Below are positions 61,360 through 64,000 of a stretch of DNA of 64,000 nucleotides, piece by piece (within the stretch, counting starts at the first letter, position 1; each line of letters opens with the position of its first letter). The DNA comes from an uncultured Thermoleophilia bacterium (lineage in GTDB: Bacteria > Actinomycetota > Thermoleophilia > UBA2241), in contig CAVPCT010000005.1 of the NCBI GenBank assembly GCA_963702475.1, positions 96,001-160,000 of the forward strand. Direction: 5' to 3'. The notes beneath the pieces were generated by a model, which did not search any database, had not been told where the DNA came from, and worked only from the letters and a program-made list of their open reading frames with translations. Both the position numbers and the translations under genes were made by a program.

Positions 61360-62595
61360 ATGACAGGGCAACGCACGCTGGGCATCAACGGGCTGGGGCG
61401 CATCGGCAAACTCACGCTCTGGCACCATCTGGGGCGCGACGACTTCGACCGCTTCGTCGTCAACACCGGGCGGCCGGTGGGCACCTCACTGGACGCCGTG
61501 GTCCAGTACATCTCCAAGGACACCACCTACGGACCCCTGCACCGCTTTCTCTTCGGACGCTCCGGCACGCGCGACGCGAGCGTGGTGGACGAGGGCAGGG
61601 GCCTCATCTCCGCCTACGGCAAGGAGATCCTGGTGCTGCGCGAGGCCCGCGACCCCCGCGACATACCGTGGCGCGAGCACGGCGTGGCCATCGTCGTCGA
61701 GTGCACAGGCAAGTTCCGCGACCCCTACGCCGAGGCCGACGCGCCCAGGGGTTCGCTCCGCGGCCACCTTGCGGCCGGCGCCTCTGTCGTGGTGCAGAGC
61801 TCGCCGTTCAAGAGCGGGCGCAAAGGCGTGCCGTTTCCCGACGACACCGCCATGTTCATCCACGGCATCAACGACTATGAGTTCGACCCGGCGGTGCACA
61901 ACGTGATCTCCGGCGCCTCGTGCACGACCACTGCTCTGGCACACATGATGCGGCCCCTGCTCGACCGCGACCTCACCAAGGACATGATCACCGCAGGCAT
62001 GAGCACCGTGCACGCCGTCACCAACTCCCAGCCTGTGCTGGACGCGGTGCCGGGCGCCGGCGCCAAGGACCTGCGCAAGAGCCGTGGGGCGCTGGGCAAT
62101 GTGGTCATCACCTCCACCAACGCCGCCGCCGCCCTCGAGTACGTCATGCCGGAGATAGCGCGCATCGGCTTCATGGCCGATTCCGTGCGCATCCCCACCT
62201 CCAGCGTGAGCCTGATCATCCTCAACGTCACTTTCCAGAGCGAGGCGCGCACCGACGGCACCGTGTCGGTGGAGCGCGAGGCCATCAATGCCATCTACCG
62301 CGAGGCCGCGGAGGACGAGGCCAAGGGACTGCTCAAGTTCAGCGAGGAGCAGAACGTCTCGGCCGACATGCTCGGCGAAGACGCCGCCGTGGTCATCGAG
62401 GGCGTCGAGACGCACACGCGCACCGGGTTCATGAACCTGCGGCTGCCGTGCGAGCTTCCCGACGGGCGCACCGAGAACGAGAACGTGCGCGTCCCGCTCA
62501 CGCACGTGAAGATCTTCGGCTGGTACGACAACGAGATGGGCAGCTACACCTACCGTCTGGGCGAGCTCACCTCGCACGTGGCGCGCGCGATGTGA
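61360..62595 (+). CDS. Divergent GAPDH-family dehydrogenase (411 aa)
   Basis: GINGLGRIG, ECTGKF, ASCTTT (catalytic Cys), TVHA, DLRKSR, WYDNE; several insertions relative to gap. Confidence 0.88.
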   Translation: MTGQRTLGINGLGRIGKLTLWHHLGRDDFDRFVVNTGRPVGTSLDAVVQYISKDTTYGPLHRFLFGRSGTRDASVVDEGRGLISAYGKEILVLREARDPRDIPWREHGVAIVVECTGKFRDPYAEADAPRGSLRGHLAAGASVVVQSSPFKSGRKGVPFPDDTAMFIHGINDYEFDPAVHNVISGASCTTTALAHMMRPLLDRDLTKDMITAGMSTVHAVTNSQPVLDAVPGAGAKDLRKSRGALGNVVITSTNAAAALEYVMPEIARIGFMADSVRIPTSSVSLIILNVTFQSEARTDGTVSVEREAINAIYREAAEDEAKGLLKFSEEQNVSADMLGEDAAVVIEGVETHTRTGFMNLRLPCELPDGRTENENVRVPLTHVKIFGWYDNEMGSYTYRLGELTSHVARAM

Positions 62596-62695
62596 CGTCG
62601 CAGCGGCCGGGTCGCTGCCGGCGCAGTGAGGACTCACGCGGGCGCGTCCCTCGCCGGCGCCAAGAGGCGCCCGGGCCCGCTCCGTCGGCGTTTCG

Positions 62696-63628
62696 TCAGC
62701 CCGGCTCGTGCCCGGCCAGCGCCAGCAGGCGCCGCAGGCGGTGGTTCATCGCCGATTTGCTGAGCGGCGGCCGGGCGCGCCCGGCCAGTTCCTGGAGGCT
62801 CAAGTACGGATAGCGCAGACGCAGCTCGGCGACCTCGCGCAGCGAGGCCGGAAGCGAGTGCCACTCGTGCGAAGCCATGAGGCGGCGGGCGGCGGCGGCC
62901 TGCCGCTCGGCCGCCGCCGCCGCCCGCCGCGCGTTGGCCTCGTCGCAGTTGGCCTGCCGGTTGGCGCTCTCGCGCACGCTGCCCAGCACGGCGTGCTCCT
63001 CCCAGCGCAGGCAGGCCTCGTGCGCGCCGAGCACGGCCAGCAGGTCCGCGGCCGTCTGCGAGCGCTTGCTGTAGCACGCCACGTTGCGGTCGCGGTCGGT
63101 GACCTTGAACGCCAGGTCCAGCCGCGCGAGCAGGCGCTGGACCTGCTCCGCCAGGGCGAAGCTCTCCACGGTGAACTCCACGTGCACAGGCGCCCCCGGC
63201 GCCGAGATGGAGCCGCAGCCCAGGAAGAGCCCTCGAAGGAACGACGTCAGGCAGCAGCGGCGCTCGACGAGGCGGCGCGGGACCGTGAGCTGCACGCGCA
63301 GGTCGTCGGAGAGCACGCCGAGCTCGTTGAGCAGCTGCAGGTCGCGGGCCTCGTCGCCGAGCACGACCTCGTAACGCAGGCCCACCGGGGCGGAGTCCAC
63401 AGTGCGCAGCTCCGCCACGACGCCGAAGCGCTTGAGCAGGCCCAGCACGTGGCGGGCCGTGGCCGGCAGCGCCAGTGAGATACGCACGGTGTACCGCCCG
63501 CCGGGGCCGATGCCGAAGGTGCCGGTCCCGAACAGGATGCCGGAGAGCTGCGCCCGCCGGCAGTGCTCCGCCTCCGGCACGACCTTGCCCAACTCCAGCT
63601 TGACCTCGCGCGTGAAGCCCACCGTCAC
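62696..63628 (-). CDS. whiA: DNA-binding protein WhiA
   Basis: FTREVKLEL, FLRGLFLGCGSIS, NRQANCDEAN, SLQEL, SKSAMNHRLRRL. Confidence 0.95.
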   Translation of the reverse strand: MTVGFTREVKLELGKVVPEAEHCRRAQLSGILFGTGTFGIGPGGRYTVRISLALPATARHVLGLLKRFGVVAELRTVDSAPVGLRYEVVLGDEARDLQLLNELGVLSDDLRVQLTVPRRLVERRCCLTSFLRGLFLGCGSISAPGAPVHVEFTVESFALAEQVQRLLARLDLAFKVTDRDRNVACYSKRSQTAADLLAVLGAHEACLRWEEHAVLGSVRESANRQANCDEANARRAAAAAERQAAAARRLMASHEWHSLPASLREVAELRLRYPYLSLQELAGRARPPLSKSAMNHRLRRLLALAGHEPG

Positions 63629-63999
63629 CTCACCAGGTGCAGGACGGCGCGGGCCAGGCGCTCGGAGTCGTGGCGCACCACCTGGCTCTGGGCGATCACC
63701 GGCGCGTGCTCCACCCGGACGCCCATGTCACGCATGCGGGCGGCGTCGACCACGACCGGCCGGGAACCCTGGCGCGCGTAGCTTTCCAGCAGCTCCTCCG
63801 AGACCGGCTCGTCGTTGACCAGGACCGCATCGATCACCCCGCTCAGCCCATGCCGCTGGAGGGCGTCGAGGTGGTCGGCCGTAGTGTAGTCGTCGGTCTC
63901 CCCGGCCTGCGTCATCACGTTGCACACGTACACCACCCAGGCGCGCGTGCTGAGCAGGGCGTCGCGGATCTCCGGGATGAGGATGTTCGGGATGACGGA
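63625..63999 (-). CDS. yvcK: YvcK/CuvA family protein (3' part only)
   Basis: SVIPNIL...YVCNVMTQAGET...RHDSERLA; upstream of whiA. Confidence 0.9.
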   Translation of the reverse strand, partial: SVIPNILIPEIRDALLSTRAWVVYVCNVMTQAGETDDYTTADHLDALQRHGLSGVIDAVLVNDEPVSEELLESYARQGSRPVVVDAARMRDMGVRVEHAPVIAQSQVVRHDSERLARAVLHLVR

Positions 64000-64000
64000 C

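Overview
Very GC-rich bacterial chromosome segment. Gene content and order (whiA, SigB/F-type sigmas, a type IV pilus locus without secretin, Firmicute-like recJ-rel-hisS-aspS-6S-Rrf2-iscS-mnmA-alaS synteny) suggest a deep-branching actinobacterium such as Thermoleophilia (inference). Almost all genes are on the minus strand. In transcription order: yvcK-whiA, [inserted divergent pair: atypical GAPDH-like gene and a 1412-aa PPDK-like dikinase with no pyruvate-binding domain], gap, fused pgk-tpi, gpmI, secG, oppABCDF, PrsA-like foldase, recJ, rel, MBL hydrolase, hisS, aspS, 6S RNA, Rrf2-iscS-iscU-mnmA, DUF948/YtxH/anti-sigma/SigB-like cluster, alaS-ruvX-mltG-aroE, an ~18 kb type IV pilus cluster (pilB, pilT, pilC, embedded sigma, GT-C glycosyltransferase, two pilins, ABC/TPR module, pilD, minor pilins, pilMNO, PilP-like), then aroC-aroK-aroB-aroQ, Xaa-Pro peptidase, efp and a partial carboxyltransferase gene. 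Best leads: (1) the orphan-substrate dikinase plus divergent GAPDH paralog inserted in the glycolytic locus; (2) mnmA has no canonical start and is linked to iscU by a -1 slippery heptamer (candidate programmed frameshift giving IscU-MnmA); (3) recurring sigma28/WhiG-type promoters at pilus genes and the 6S locus. No tRNA, rRNA, CRISPR array or transposase was recognised. All calls come from motif reading only; no database searches were run.
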